Assembly (NCBI RefSeq): GCF_009914755.1
Contig: NC_060931.1
Length of the DNA stretch: 64,000 bases
Direction: 5' to 3' (one strand)
Source of the DNA: the human T2T-CHM13v2.0 reference genome, Homo sapiens
The position numbers and the translations under genes were made by a program. Under the pieces are notes generated by a model that saw nothing but the letters and a program-made list of their open reading frames with translations, did no database searches and was not told the origin of the DNA. Numbering within the stretch: position 1 is the stretch's first letter; every line of letters begins with the position of its first letter. Shown here piece by piece: positions 1 through 16,220 of this stretch.

Positions 1-266
1 CCACAAAGGAGATGACATGTTTTCCTTCTATAGAGGTAGATTCTGTAAAGTTAGAGGGAAGAGTGACTTGCTTAAGATGGCATAGCTGTAACTGGCAGAA
101 CCAGGATTCAAAGCCAGGTGGGATGCCAAAATCATAATCTGTCTTCAGTGTCAAGTTACTGAAATTGGTAAACATTAGACCTAAATAGACGGAATTGCAA
201 TCCGGGTTGGGCACATTAAACTCCATTTTCTTCATCAATGTGCTCAGATTACATTTTACTTTTCAG

Positions 267-367
267 GCTAAAAATGGAAAAAAAGAGTCCCTCTTAGTTC
301 TGCACTTGAGAATGAGAATAGCTTTTCTGAATTATACAAGGAAGAAGAACTAATGCCCAAATGCCAG
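267..367 (+). other. Latent 101-nt pseudoexon in intron 7
   Basis: cattttacttttcag|GCTA...GCCAG|gtaccc; GAAT at 316-319 corresponds to c.870-1113_-1110, which I recall as the activating CF deletion. Confidence 0.8.
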
Positions 368-769
368 GTACCCACATGCACTATGCCATGGCACAGCTGT
401 TGCCCCCTTTCACCAGAGCCCTCTCTCTGTATCCTGGTTGACCTTTCCTTGGGCAAGAGCTGGGTGGGGAGGATCACAAGTGACTCCAATTTGGATGGCT
501 TCGGGAAGACTGGGACCGAGCTGAAGGCAGTGTTGTCCTCTGCACTCCCTGTTTTCTGTCTGCTGGAGCACTGAAGCCTCACATATGTATTAAAAAAATA
601 ATTTCCATTTGCATTTCAGACTAGAAGATTGAACGTATAGTGTAATGTGATTGCAAATAATTATATTGAAATGAGACAGAGAGGATGTAGTATCTACTGT
701 CATAATTTTTCAAAACCCACCTGCAACTTGAATTAAAAGAACCACTTGGGTTTTTTTTTTTGTTTCAAA

Positions 770-890
770 CGCAAATCCTGGAAACCTACTGAGACTCATT
801 CAGTCAGTATCTCTAAGAGGCAAGCTTGAGACTGTATATTTAAAAAGCATCTCAGGTGATTTTTACACATGCTAAGGCTTAAGAACCACT
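770..890. mobile_element. MER5A-like hAT DNA transposon fragment
   Basis: ...tttaaaaagcatctcaggtgatttttacacatgctaaggcttaagaaccact resembles the MER5A terminus. Confidence 0.55.
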
Positions 891-1219
891 TCTCTGTAGC
901 TTATATGTTATTTTCAATGTTCCTCAAAGCCAAGTTAGAATTTCCAAAGTGTTAAGAATCCATTAGACAATCACAGAATTGTCTTTTTCCTTTATAAATC
1001 TTGCAATGTTGTTCTCATTTCCATACTTAATTACTTAAAACACCAACCAACCAACAAGCAAAAAATGATTAGTCTAACTAATATTACAAGTTAATAATGA
1101 AGTAAAGGTTTAAAAATAATGTCATAATAATGTTAATAACAAATTATTAATTATAATTTAAAAATAATATTTATAATTTAAAAATAATATTTACAAGTAC
1201 TACAAGCAAAACACTGGTA

Positions 1220-1350
1220 CTTTCATTGTTATCTTTTCATATAAGGTAACTGAGGCCCAGAGAGATTAAATAACATGCCCAAGGTCACACAGGTCATATG
1301 ATGTGGAGCCAGGTTAAAAATATAGGCAGAAAGACTCTAGAGACCATGCT
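1220..1350 (-). mobile_element. MIR fragment
   Basis: aactgaggcccagagagattaaataacatgcccaaggtcacacag MIR core. Confidence 0.75.
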
Positions 1351-1390
1351 CAGATCTTCCATTCCAAGATCCCTGATATTTGAAAAATAA

Positions 1391-1711
<321 letters not shown>

Positions 1712-2559
1712 TAAATAATCAGTCAATAGATCAGTTCTAATGAACTTTGCAAAAATGTGCGAAAAGATAGAAAAAGAAATTTCCTTCACTAGGAAGTTAT
1801 AAAAGTTGCCAGCTAATACTAGGAATGTTCACCTTAAACTTTTCCTAGCATTTCTCTGGACAGTATGATGGATGAGAGTGGCATTTTATGCCAAATTACC
1901 TTAAAATCCCAATAATACTGATGTAGCTAGCAGCTTTGAGAAATTCTAAAGTTTTCAAGTGATAAGACTCAATTTATACAAAGCTAATTGGATAAACTTG
2001 TATATGATTAAGAAGCAAATAAATACTTATTATGCTTTTTTGCTGTTTATTTAAATATTTAACCCAGAAAATAAGTCACTGTGACAGAAATAAAAATGAG
2101 AGAGAAGGGTGAGCCACTCTTAGGTAGTTCTGGCATTATTTAATCTAGGCCAGAGGTTGCAAATGGTGTCCCATAGAACTAATTTTGGCTCCTAGACCTG
2201 TCTTATTTAACCTTTCATTTAAAAAATTTGTATTGGTTGCCAGCAATTAAAAATTGGGAGATGTCTCACACACACACACACATAAATACACACACTCATG
2301 TGTGCAGCCTCTTTTGAAGAATTGGAATAACTAGTCAACTGCGTCCTCCTTTTCCACAAGCTGTGACAGCTCCCTGCTCACAGAGCACCTGCCCTCTCCT
2401 GTTCATCATGCTCTCTTCTCAGTCCCATTCCTTCATTATATCACCTATTTGGTCCTGAGACTAAGTGAGTTTGAGATCTGTGATTTAGACAAAGTGGTGA
2501 ATCTAGCTCTGAATCATAGTAAGTAGCTCTGGGAATCATCTTGTCTTCTGTTAGCCCAT

Positions 2560-2740
2560 TGAGAGAGAAATAGAGAGAGAGAGAGAGAGAAAGAAAGAAG
2601 AAGAAACAGATCTGGGGAGAGTCACTGAATGGGAGCATAGAGACAGAGAAACAGATCTAGAAAACCAAACTGGGAGAAAATGAGAGAAACCAAAAGAGAG
2701 GTAGAGAGGAGCAGAGAAGAAAATGAAGAAGCAAGGCAAG
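2560..2740. repeat. (GA)n and GA-rich low complexity
   Basis: AG dinucleotide run and purine-rich tract. Confidence 0.8.
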
Positions 2741-3343
2741 GACCAGGCTTTTTCATTATTTCTTATGGCCAAGACTTCAGTATGCGTGGACTTAATTCTT
2801 CCTTATGCTCCTACCTTCCCTAGGGAAACTGATTTGGAGTCTCTAATAGAGCCCTTCTTTTAGAATCACAGTTTGATGCCTTAAAACTAGTTATATACCT
2901 TCACATGCTTCCTTAACCCACAGAAGTGATGCTAATGAGGCCCTTAATAAGGAGCGTGCTATTAAGATGAAGACATTCATTTTTTTCTCCGTCCAATGTT
3001 GGATTAAGGCACATTAGTGGGTAATTCAGGGTTGCTTTGTAAATTCATCACTAAGGTTAGCATGTAATAGTACAAGGAAGAATCAGTTGTATGTTAAATC
3101 TAATGTATAAAAAGTTTTATAAAATATCATATGTTTAGAGAGTATATTTCAAATATGATGAATCCTAGTGCTTGGCAAATTAACTTTAGAACACTAATAA
3201 AATTATTTTATTAAGAAATAATTACTATTTCATTATTAAAATTCATATATAAGATGTAGCACAATGAGAGTATAAAGTAGATGTAATAATGCATTAATGC
3301 TATTCTGATTCTATAATATGTTTTTGCTCTCTTTTATAAATAG

Positions 3344-3472
<129 letters not shown>

Positions 3473-3579
3473 TAACTGTTTTCTTCTTTGTGAATATGGA
3501 TTTCATCCTAATGGCGAATAAAATTAGAATGATGATATAACTGGTAGAACTGGAAGGAGGATCACTCACTTATTTTCTA

Positions 3580-3921
<342 letters not shown>

Positions 3922-4007
3922 TTAAATGCAATATAAAAGCTTTTTTTATTTTTAAGTCATACAATTTGTTTCACATAACAGATCAGGAAATAATACAGAG
4001 ATCATAA

Positions 4008-4222
4008 GTTTTGGAGCTGGGTTTGAATCCTGGCTCTGCCATTTACTTTCTGTGTAATCTAAGTCAAGTTACTGAACTTTGTGGGCCCTCTGGCTCTCCA
4101 TGTGTAAAATGGAGAATATTAATATTTACCTTGCAAGTTTGTTGTGAAGACTGAAGGAGAGAATTTAGGTAAAACATTCATCAGAGTACCATGCACACAG
4201 TTGTTCCTCAATAAACATTAGC
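4008..4222 (+). mobile_element. MIR
   Basis: ctgggtttgaatcctggctctgccatttact...tgtaaaatggag...ctcaataaacattagc. Confidence 0.8.
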
Positions 4223-4804
4223 TTCTCTGATTGCAAGTTCCAGTCTAAAGTGCTTTATATATACCAGCCAATAAAAGGATGCGAGAGAGATATACCAGTG
4301 TATTGTTTTCTACCATTTTAAACCTATTTTCATCCACTGTTACAAATTCTATCATACTGCTCCACATAAAAAATATTATCAATGATTTTTAGTCTCTGAA
4401 GTGCAATATTTGATTATTGAGCACACCTGTTGAAGTTTTAGTTTCTTCTCACTTACATGGGTTGTGTAAAGGTAGGAGGTATAAAACCAGTGTCCTAGGT
4501 CTAAATCTTTCTTAATGTCATACTTTGGATTCATTGATATAAGTAACTTGAGCACCAGCGCTTCATTTTACTTCATTTTTTAAAGATATAGTAAGAGTAA
4601 TTCCCATCTGCCTAGCAAAATTGTTTTGTAGAAAAGTTTGTGGATCAGATTTATTTTACTTTGATTTTAGGAATTTCAAGTGTCTTCGTCGGCATGAAGG
4701 AAAAATATGCAGTTTGACATTTTCTACTACTTTCAGGTCATTATTTTCCTACTCTGGTGCAAAAACCCTCAATTCCTGTCTCACTCCATCTAATCAAATA
4801 GGTA

Positions 4805-5030
4805 GCATGCTTGAGCCCTTACTATGTGCCAGGCACTAGGATAAGCACTTTATATGTTTTGTCCCAATTAATTCTCACAGCATTTCTATGACCTAAATAA
4901 AATTAATATTTTCATTTCACCAATAATAAAATGGAGGCTTCAAAAAGTTTAGGGACTTGGCTCAGCTCACACAACTGGCAAGGACTGAAAATGGATTTTA
5001 GTCCCAAATGTCATAGGCTAGAGCCCTTTC
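4805..5030 (-). mobile_element. MIR
   Basis: ttgagcccttactatgtgccaggcact...cacacaactgg. Confidence 0.7.
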
Positions 5031-6326
5031 ACTAAACTGTTGTCTTCCATCTGGTGGCATCCTCTTCCTCCAGTCTTTGTCACCTAAACTCTGGGCACCC
5101 CTTGATGGCATTTACTTATGATGGTGATGCTTGTTAAACTTCCTGTTTGCGACTTCAACGTCCATATAAATGAGTCTTCCAATACTGTACTTAGAACTTA
5201 TATTTTGTAGTGACTTCTTTAAAAGCTTTCTCTCTTAGTCATATCCTGAGTTTTGTTAGCACCTGGACTTACCTTACTTTGGAAATGTTGCACTCTGAAA
5301 TCTCTTTCTCAGCTTGGAATTTCCTAATCTTCCAACTGTTTGAGTCTTTTAATTCTACATTTACTGCCTTTCCATTTCATCAGGATTTCTAGTCTCTTTA
5401 ATTCTTCCTTTTGAACTCCTCCTGATTTAACCTCTGCTTATTCGAAGAACAATAATTTTATTCTCTCAGCTGCACTCTCAATTCCCTTTTCCTTTTGGTG
5501 ATTTTTCTTTTTCCTACAGAACACTTACTTTATCAGTTTTGGAGAAGGAAGTGCTATCTGGGTAACAGTAGTGCTATCTGTTGACTCTAGTCAACTGTAA
5601 GTTTTATACATTTATTGTTTAAACCTTATATGGGTCTATAATCCTTCTTGGGAAATCCTTTCATTTGTCTTTAATTTCCTTTACCATTTCCCTAAAGGCT
5701 ATTCCAGATTTTTATCACATTCACAAAATTCCCGTCTTTTCTCAGGATCTGTTCACCCCCAGTAGATAGCCTTGTCTCCCACAATACATAGAGAAAATAG
5801 AGGCCACCGTCATATTTGAATGTTTCCAACTTCTCTCTTCACCTTTGGAATTATCTTTTTCTTCTTTTGTGTCTAAGAGAAAGATGTATACTTCTTCTTA
5901 CCCTTGTCTGAACTACTCTATTTTGCTTCATCTTCTCAGAACAGGGGACCAGCAATTATTCTTCCTCCAGAAGCTTCAACATCTTTTGTCAACTGACTCC
6001 TTCTCATGTTTAAATATTTTCAAGTTAAACAATTTCTTTCCTGACTTTCGCTCACGCAACCTCATGCCCAAAACCTTATCACTCTTCTTCCCTTTGCTGT
6101 CAAGGCTGTTCTCACTTCTTCACTTTTTGTGGACTTCTCCCCACTACAACATAGATTCTGCTATCACCAATCTATTAAAACTGTTATACTCTTGTGGAAT
6201 TTATCATTTAATTTAGCTTCAGTGAACCGTTCTTTCCAGATTATTTTGGCCTCAGACCATGACTTCTAAGTCTGCCGTGCTTGCCACTTAAGTGATGATG
6301 GGCCAGTGGGTCCCCACCTAGGCCTC

Positions 6327-6685
6327 TGTGTTAGTCTGTTTTCACGTTGCTGATAAAGACATACCCAAGAATGGGCAATTTACAGAAGAAAGGGGTTTGA
6401 GGGACTCACAGTTCCATGTGACTGGGGAGGCCTCACAATCATGGTGGATGATGAAAGGCATGTCTCACATGGAGGCAGATAAGAGCATAGAACTTGTGCA
6501 GGGAAACTTCCCTTTATTAAACCACCAGGTCTTGTGAGACTTCTTCACTATCACGAGAATAGGATGGGCAAGACCCTCCCCCATGATTCAATTATCTCCC
6601 ACTGGGTCCCTCCCACAACACATGGGAATTATGGGAGCTATAATTCAAGATGAGATTTGGGTGAGGACATAGCCAAACCATATCA
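6327..6685 (-). mobile_element. THE1-family (MaLR) solo LTR
   Basis: TG...CA termini; ends gccaaaccatatca (reverse complement of THE1 5' end); 5-bp TSD GCCTC at 6322-6326 and 6686-6690. Confidence 0.92.
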
Positions 6686-7149
6686 GCCTCCTTCTGGCTT
6701 TTTATGTTCTCCGTGGGTGACCTCTCTCAGGCTCAAGTGATAACCAATGTGCTGATGACTCTCAAATGCGCATCTCTGGCTTCAGTTTCTTCCTTGAACT
6801 TCATACATATGTTTCCAAATTTCCTGCGTGTACCTCAAGGTTCTTGTTCATCACTTCCCAAGCTTCATAAACGCACTCATTTTAGTGTATTCTCTGTCTC
6901 CTTTGATAGCATCCCTGAGAGGCAAGTCCCTGGTGAGTTATATACAACTCCTCCCTTGCTCCAAACCTGAGAGTAAGTAACATTCCTATTAACATATTAG
7001 GAAGCTGAGGCTTAGACAGTTTAAGTAACTCAAGCATGGTTACACAACTAGCTAGGGCAGAGCTAAAATGTCAGGCTAGGCTTCTGTGACTCCAAAGCCC
7101 TTTCTCACTTAGCATATCATCACTTATTTTTTTTTTTAATCACATATAT

Positions 7150-7767
<618 letters not shown>

Positions 7768-9663
7768 TGTATATATGATTTTTAGTATATGTAAATATAC
7801 ATATTTATTAAATGTAAATATAAATATAAATGTGTGGAGTGATATCCATTGAAATGTTAAACATAGTTCTCAGTGGTACAACTACAGGTGATTTCTCTTT
7901 TCTTATTTCTGGTTTTCTGTGTTTTCCAAATTTCTTGAAATGTGTCTTCTGTAATCAGAAATAAAAGTTATTAGTAACAACAGTCTTCCACTGGTACAAG
8001 TGCTTATTGGATAAAAGTCCCACTTCTAAGCATGATACTCACAACTTTTAGGTTAATAGCCTTTGTCACCTTGCCATATACATCTGATCCAGCCACTCAC
8101 ACCATTCCTGAGATATATTTTGTTCCTTTGTGCCTAAATCATTGTGCATGCAGATCCATCTTCCTGGAACACCTATAACCATTTCTTAGTCCTGTGAAAT
8201 CCTACTTACATCCTTCATAGCCTAGCATGTATGTCATTTATTTGGTCAAGGGTGAGTTGGTTGTTCTCTTGAATGTACTGCCATATGACATGGTGTGATT
8301 TCAATTGTAGCACCAAGCTCATTGCAATATTAATTCGTTTGTCATTCTCCCATGTAGGATGTTTGAAGTAGTTTCTAACACAGAGATTATACTCAATAAA
8401 TATTTATTAGATAAATAAATGAATAAGGGAATAACAAATGCCTTTGTCTCATTTTAAAATACTTTCATTGTTAGCTACCCATATAATAAAAAACTAAAAG
8501 CAGTAGTTTTCAAGCATGATTGTTTATGTATGCCTTAAAAGAATTTTGAAAACCTATGTACCCCTGACACACTTTTAAGTTAACTTATAAATTTTTCAAC
8601 ATAGTTTTAAGTGGTGGCAAATGATGTAGTTTCTTGTGTATTTTAAACTGCTTAAGTATGCTATACATGGATTTCTTCAAAACCCTGAAGCTGCAGTTTC
8701 AGTGCATTCAATTTATGGAAAAGAAATTAATTTATAAAACTGGTTCTTATTGTCAAGTCAATCAGCTAAATATAACTTGCTTTCTGTCAGGAAAAGTCTG
8801 ACTTTAAAATACAGATAAGTAATAACTATTATTAATTAATTAAATTATTAAAATTAAAATAATTAAATAATTTGTTAATTAAAATGCCTTATTCCCCTAC
8901 TTATTTCTGCAATTTGACTCTAAGAATAGATAGGACACGTAGATTGCCTTAGGTTTGAAATCTGGGTGAAATAAGATACTGCCTCCTTCAGTATTTCTGC
9001 CTTTGCTTTTATGGGAGCCTCTTTCAAGAAAAAGTCATTCTCTCATGGTCCCTTTGTTTGAGTCCCAGAGGTTTTCCTACTCCAGAAAGTGCAACGTAGT
9101 AAGACTAGTACTATACTCCCTTGCATGGTAAGTGAGAAGGCTGTCTGTATAAAATGAGGGAAGGACTCATGAGAGGGAAGTAGGTCAGGAGAAATGATAG
9201 GTTCTCAGGCAGGTTAATTTTAGGAAAGAGTGAATAGAGTCCCTTAAAACAAGGTGCATCTGCTTCCTCCTGATCAATCTTTAGGACTGTTTACTTTGAT
9301 TTGAAGACCACTATGCTAAAGCTTCCCACGGGGGCAATAGTGAGGCAAGGAATTTTTAAAAGGGAATTACTTCTTCGTAGCTACTTTTGTGAAATGAATT
9401 CATTTGAATTATCTGGCAATCTCTTCATATTTATATTCAACAATAATTACTTAAAGAAATGCTTTGAGCTTCTCAGAGGAGGGTGCTACCAGTGTGATGG
9501 AGTAGAATTCAGATTTGGGTAGTGACTTTAAAGCTGTGTGACTTTAGTCATTTAACTGCTGAGTCACAGTCTACAGCTTTGAAAGAGGAGGATTATAAAA
9601 TCTATCTCATGTTAATGCTGAAGATTAAATAATAGTGTTTATGTACCCCGCTTATAGGAGAAG

Positions 9664-9666
<3 letters not shown>

Positions 9667-9714
<48 letters not shown>
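9667..9714. repeat. IVS8CA microsatellite, (GT)24 = (CA)23 as counted on the other strand
   Basis: 48 nt uninterrupted GT run about 275 nt upstream of exon 10. Confidence 0.93.
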
Positions 9715-9724
<10 letters not shown>

Positions 9725-9955
9725 ATACATGTATGTATTCAGTCTTTACTGAAATTAAAAAATCTTTAACTTGATAATGGGCAAATATCTTAGTTTTAGA
9801 TCATGTCCTCTAGAAACCGTATGCTATATAATTATGTACTATAAAGTAATAATGTATACAGTGTAATGGATCATGGGCCATGTGCTTTTCAAACTAATTG
9901 TACATAAAACAAGCATCTATTGAAAATATCTGACAAACTCATCTTTTATTTTTGA

Positions 9956-9984
9956 TGTGTGTGTGTGTGTGTGTGTTTTTTTTT
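9956..9984 (+). promoter_or_regulatory. Intron 9 (IVS8) TGm-Tn splice-acceptor tract, allele TG10-T9
   Basis: TG x10 at 9956-9975, T x9 at 9976-9984, then AACAG; established modulator of exon 10 skipping (TDP-43 binds UG repeats). Confidence 0.97.
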
Positions 9985-9986
9985 AA

Positions 9987-10343
<357 letters not shown>

Positions 10344-11129
10344 TAGTTTTTTATTTCCTCATATTATTTTCAGTGGCTTTTTCTTCCACATCTTTATATT
10401 TTGCACCACATTCAACACTGTATCTTGCACATGGCGAGCATTCAATAACTTTATTGAATAAACAAATCATCCATTTTATCCATTCTTAACCAGAACAGAC
10501 ATTTTTTCAGAGCTGGTCCAGGAAAATCATGACTTACATTTTGCCTTAGTAACCACATAAACAAAAAGTCTCCATTTTTGTTAACATTACAATTTTCAGA
10601 ATAGATTTAGATTTGCTTATGATATATTATAAGGAAAAATTATTTAGTGGGATAGTTTTTTGAGGAAATACATAGGAATGTTAATTTATTCAGTGGTCAT
10701 CCTCTTCTCCATATCCCACCCTAAGAACAACTTAACCTGGCATATTTGGAGATACATCTGAAAAAATAGTAGATTAGAAAGAAAAAACAGCAAAAGGACC
10801 AAAACTTTATTGTCAGGAGAAGACTTTGTAGTGATCTTCAAGAATATAACCCATTGTGTAGATAATGGTAAAAACTTGCTCTCTTTTAACTATTGAGGAA
10901 ATAAATTTAAAGACATGAAAGAATCAAATTAGAGATGAGAAAGAGCTTTCTAGTATTAGAATGGGCTAAAGGGCAATAGGTATTTGCTTCAGAAGTCTAT
11001 AAAATGGTTCCTTGTTCCCATTTGATTGTCATTTTAGCTGTGGTACTTTGTAGAAATGTGAGAAAAAGTTTAGTGGTCTCTTGAAGCTTTTCAAAATACT
11101 TTCTAGAATTATACCGAATAATCTAAGAC

Positions 11130-11230
11130 AAACAGAAAAAGAAAGAGAGGAAGGAAGAAAGAAGGAAATGAGGAAGAAAGGAAGTAGGAGGAAGGAAGGA
11201 AGGAAAGAAGGAAGGAAGTAAGAGGGAAGC
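11130..11230. repeat. GA-rich (GGAA-like) polypurine tract
   Basis: About 100 nt almost purely A/G. Confidence 0.85.
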
Positions 11231-11305
11231 AGTGCTGCTGCTGTAGGTAAAAATGTTAATGAAAATAGAAATTAAGAAAGACTCCTGAAAGGCAATTATT
11301 TATCA

Positions 11306-11707
<402 letters not shown>

Positions 11708-13484
11708 CTAATAATACAATTTGGTTGTTTCTCTCTCCAGTTGTTTTCCTACATACGAAACAGCTTTTAAAACAAAATAGCTGGAATTGTGCATTTTTTC
11801 TTACAAAAACATTTTCTTTCTTAAAATGTTATTATTTTTCTTTTATATCTTGTATATTATTACTAGCAGTGTTCACTATTAAAAAATTATACCATAGGAG
11901 GGGCTGATACTAAATAAGTTAGCAATGGTCTAAACAAGGATGTTTATTTATGAAAAGGTAGTAATTGTGTTTCATAGAATTTTTAAAATTAATTCTGCGT
12001 ATGTCTTCAAGATCAATTCTATGATAGATGTGCAAAAATAGCTTTGGAATTACAAATTCCAAGACTTACTGGCAATTAAATTTCAGGCAGTTTTATTAAA
12101 ATTGATGAGCAGATAATTACTGGCTGACAGTGCAGTTATAGCTTATGAAAAGCAGCTATGAAGGCAGAGTTAGAGGAAGGCAGTGGTCCCTTGGGAATAT
12201 TTAAACACTTCTGAGAAACGGAGTTTACTAACTCAATCTAGGAGGCTGCCTTTTAGTAGTATTAGGAATGGAACACTTTATAGTTTTTTTGGGACAAAAG
12301 ATCTAGCTAAAATATAAGATTGAATAATTGAAAATATTAACATTTTAAGTTAAATCTTACCCACTCAATACAATTTGGTAATTTGTATCAGAAGCTTAAA
12401 AGATAACCTAATAGTTCTTCTACTTCTATAACTTACCCAAATATGTTTGCAGAGATCTTATGTAAAGCTCTTCATTATAACACTGCTTTCAGGAGCCAAA
12501 AATTGGGTGGGGGAGCCCCATAAATGTTGAATAATAGGGGTTTGATTAGATAAATTTTGGTGTAGTTCTATAATGGCATGTTATTCAGCCAATAAAAGGT
12601 TTGTTAAAGAATGACTGTGACGGATGTATATGATATACTCTTAAGTGAATAAAGAGTTACAAAATGTTATGTACAAGTTACAAAATGTATGTACATTATG
12701 ATCCATTTTTCATAAAATCATATGTATGTATATATGTGTGTCTGGAAGGATAAATTTATCAAGTTGTTATCTCTGAAATTTTGGGTATATTTTATATTTC
12801 TAGATTTTCTGTTACTTTGTTACTTTACTGATAAAGTAATAACGTTGTTGACTTTTGTCACTCTCCCCTATTAATAATCATCTAGGCTGCAAAAGGATCA
12901 TGTCTTCTTTATTTTTATATTCCAAGGACTGTCAACAAGTGCCTAGCACTTGACAGGTATATTATAGAAATTTAACTGAATATCTTTAGGAAATAGATTT
13001 TTGTTTGTAGTTGTTCTAGTCTACATTAAATGTCTTGCGCTTATGAAACTTCCTTGAATTATTTTAGTGAAGCAATATTAGTATAGAATTTTGCATCACT
13101 GGATGCCCTTGACCGAAAGCTGGCTTATGGCATCTCACCAGTGTGTGGGGAGTTTCAGTCCTTCTGTTGTCTGCATCACAGCTGAAGCAGTGCTGTTGCT
13201 GACAATTCCTGACACCACCTTGTCTCTATTATTGATCATTGCCTCACTATGGTACTGAGTTTTAGCTTATTCTTGTAATAACTGGGACTCATATGTATAG
13301 AATAAGCTATTAGCTCACGTTTTTGCTTGCTTTTTATACAGAATACATGTCTGCAAATAGTTTTATCAATATTTTGGAATTTTGGGAGATATGAAGTTAA
13401 AAACATCATTGAATATATATATATACACACACACATATATATATGACACTATACATGATTTATTTTATTTAATTTTTAAAATTT

Positions 13485-13643
13485 TATTCTTTTTAGAGAT
13501 TAGGTCTTACTCTGTCACCCAGGCTGAACTTCAGTGGTGTGATCATAGCTCACTGTAACCTTGAACTCCTGGGCTCAATTGACCTTTCCGCTTCAGCCTC
13601 CCAAAGTGCTGGGTTTATAGGCATGAGCCACTGTGTCTGGTCC
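13485..13643 (-). mobile_element. Alu monomer (FRAM/FLAM-like)
   Basis: Single Alu arm ending gagccactgtgtctggtcc. Confidence 0.85.
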
Positions 13644-14194
13644 AATATGCATATATATATTTTTAACCTGGATTATCAGAGCTATATTGTGTTTAGGTTT
13701 ATAAAGCTGTACTATGTGAAAATATCACTTCTAGGTTTAATTTTGTACAAAGGAATTTTATATAGAAATGAGGTAATTCAGATTTTTTCCCATGTAATAA
13801 GAATTGTAAAATTTACTGAAACAAACATCAAAAAGATATCTGTTACATGACCTTCCTTTCTTTTGAATATATTTCAGGTGATATTATTTATTAAAATTTA
13901 AAAATGAAAATTAAAATATATAAAAAGTTGAAAATTATTCCTTTCTTTACTGTCTCTCATCTGTCCATTTTCCATTCTCCTGCATTCCCTCATCCAACCA
14001 AGGTAGCCAATCCAGGTAACTTTTTTTAGTATCTTCCCAGAGATGTTTCTCTCTATATATATAATCAATATACATTTTTTATTATTCCCCACCTCTCTTT
14101 TTATGTAACAATATGCAGAGTTTTGCTTCTTGCTTTTCCCACTATCTTGGACAACTTTCCATATTCAAAGCACAGAGGACTTGCACATATGTTC

Positions 14195-14575
14195 AGACTG
14201 CTGAATATTTCTGTCTCTCCCCTGCCATTCATATGTTGAAATCCTAATTCCCAAGGTGATGGTATTGCAGGGTGGGGCCTTTGGGAGGTGATTAGTCCAT
14301 GAGGGTGAAGTCTTTAGTAAATGAGATTAGTGTCTTTATAAAAGAAACCTTAGAGAGACCCTCACACCTTAGAGAGACCCTCACCCCTTTCTGCCATGTG
14401 AGAACACAGCAGGAAGACAGCTGGCTATCCAGGATTCAGGAGTCTCTTAGCAGACCCAAATCTGCTGGCACCTTGATCTTGGACTTCCCAGCCTCCAGAA
14501 CTGTGAGAAATAAATTCCTGTTGTTTATAAGCCACACAGTTCATGGTATTTTGTTATAGCAGCCTGAACAAGGAC
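14195..14575 (+). mobile_element. MLT1A/MST-type MaLR LTR
   Basis: tcatatgttgaaatcctaa...ggggcctttgggaggtgattag...cttggacttcccagcctccagaactgtgagaaataaattc...ttgttatagcagcc. Confidence 0.85.
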
Positions 14576-15149
14576 ACACACACACACACACACACATGCA
14601 CACACATTTAAATAGATGCATAGTATTCTATCATATGGATGGATATTCTATGATATAATGAATCACTATTGATTGACATTTGGGTTGTTTCCAATATTTT
14701 GTTAACACAAAGAACAACACTACAAATAACTTTATATACATATCATTTAGCACATCTGCAATTGTATCAGTAGGCTTCCTATAAGTGGTCAAGCATTTGT
14801 GTACTTGTGATTTTGGTAGATGTTGTCAAATGTCCTTCCCTGAAATTTGTACCAATTCGTACTCATGCCATACACTCTAAATAGAGTGCTGATTTCCCCA
14901 CAGCATTACTAACAGATGATATTATCTAATTTAAAAAGTTTCTCATCTTATAGGGAAAATAGTATGTCAATGTATTCTTAACTTGCATTTCTTTTATTAT
15001 AAGTAGTGTAAAATATCATTTCAACTTATACACAGGAGGAATTTCTCTCTATATAAAGTGATCCTAGAATCATAATGAAAAATATCACCAACTCATTAGG
15101 AAAATGTACAAAGGATTGAATAGATATCTCATCAAAAATAAAAATATAA

Positions 15150-16220
15150 GTGGCCTTTAAACATTGAAAGGTAACATTTGAACAAAGACTTGCAGGAGGT
15201 GAGGGATTAGGGAATGCAGACTCTGGGAAGAGTCTTCCAAGTAGCAGGTGAAGCAAGTGCAAAGCTTTCAGATGGGACTGACTATACCTGTCTGGTTTGA
15301 AGAACAGTAAGGAGGTCACTGAGGCTGGCATAGAGTAAGACAGGGAGGGTAGAATACTGTCAGAGAAGTAATCGGCGGTGGAGGTAGGGGGTAAACCATA
15401 AAGTGCTCGTAAAGACTAAGGCTTATTTCTCTGGGTGAGATTAGAGGCCACTGGAGAGTTTTAAACAGAAGTAACAGGGCCACTTTGGCTAATGTTTTTA
15501 GGCTATTCTGTAGGGAGACAAGGGAGGAAGCAAGGAGATGAGTTAGGAGTCTATTGTGCCAGTTCAGGCAAGTGATGATGGTGGCTTGATCCAGGTAGTA
15601 GTGGAAGTAGTATAGTAGGAAGTGATCAGATTCAGGACATGCTTTGAAGGAAGATCCAATAGGATTAATGGATAAGTTGAACAATGGCATATGAGAAAAG
15701 TCACAGAGGAGTCAAAGATGATTCCAAGCTTTCTGGACTGAGTAACTGGAAGGATAAATGTGCCGTTTACTAGAAAGATAATGGGAGAAACAGGTTTTGG
15801 ATGGAGCTTGGTTTGGGAATATTAAGTTTGAAATGCCTATTTGACATCCAAATAGAGATGTTAGTTGGATGTACAAGTCTAGTTTCAAGGAAGAGGGGGC
15901 TGGTAGTGTGAAGATGGGGCTGGATAAGATTCTAAAGGAAAGAGGGTTGATAAGAAGAGAAAGGGGTGTAGGGGTTAGCCTAAGGGCATTCTAAGTATTA
16001 GAGGTTAAGGAGGTGGGTGAAGAAAACCCAATAAAATAAAAGTCTGAGAAGACAAAGCTAGTGAATGAATGTGGTATCCCGGAACCCAACTGATGTCAAG
16101 CAGAAGGGTGTTATCAACTAGGTCAAATGCTCATTCATCAAGTAAGATGAAACTGTTATAATTAACCGGTGTCTTCTGAAATACGGAGATAACTCGTGAC
16201 TTAATGAAAGCAATAGTAGA
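15150..16220 (-). mobile_element. L2 LINE fragment
   Basis: Typical degenerate L2 text (gagtcaaagatgattccaagctttctgg...aagtttgaaatgcctatttgacatccaa); boundaries approximate. Confidence 0.7.
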
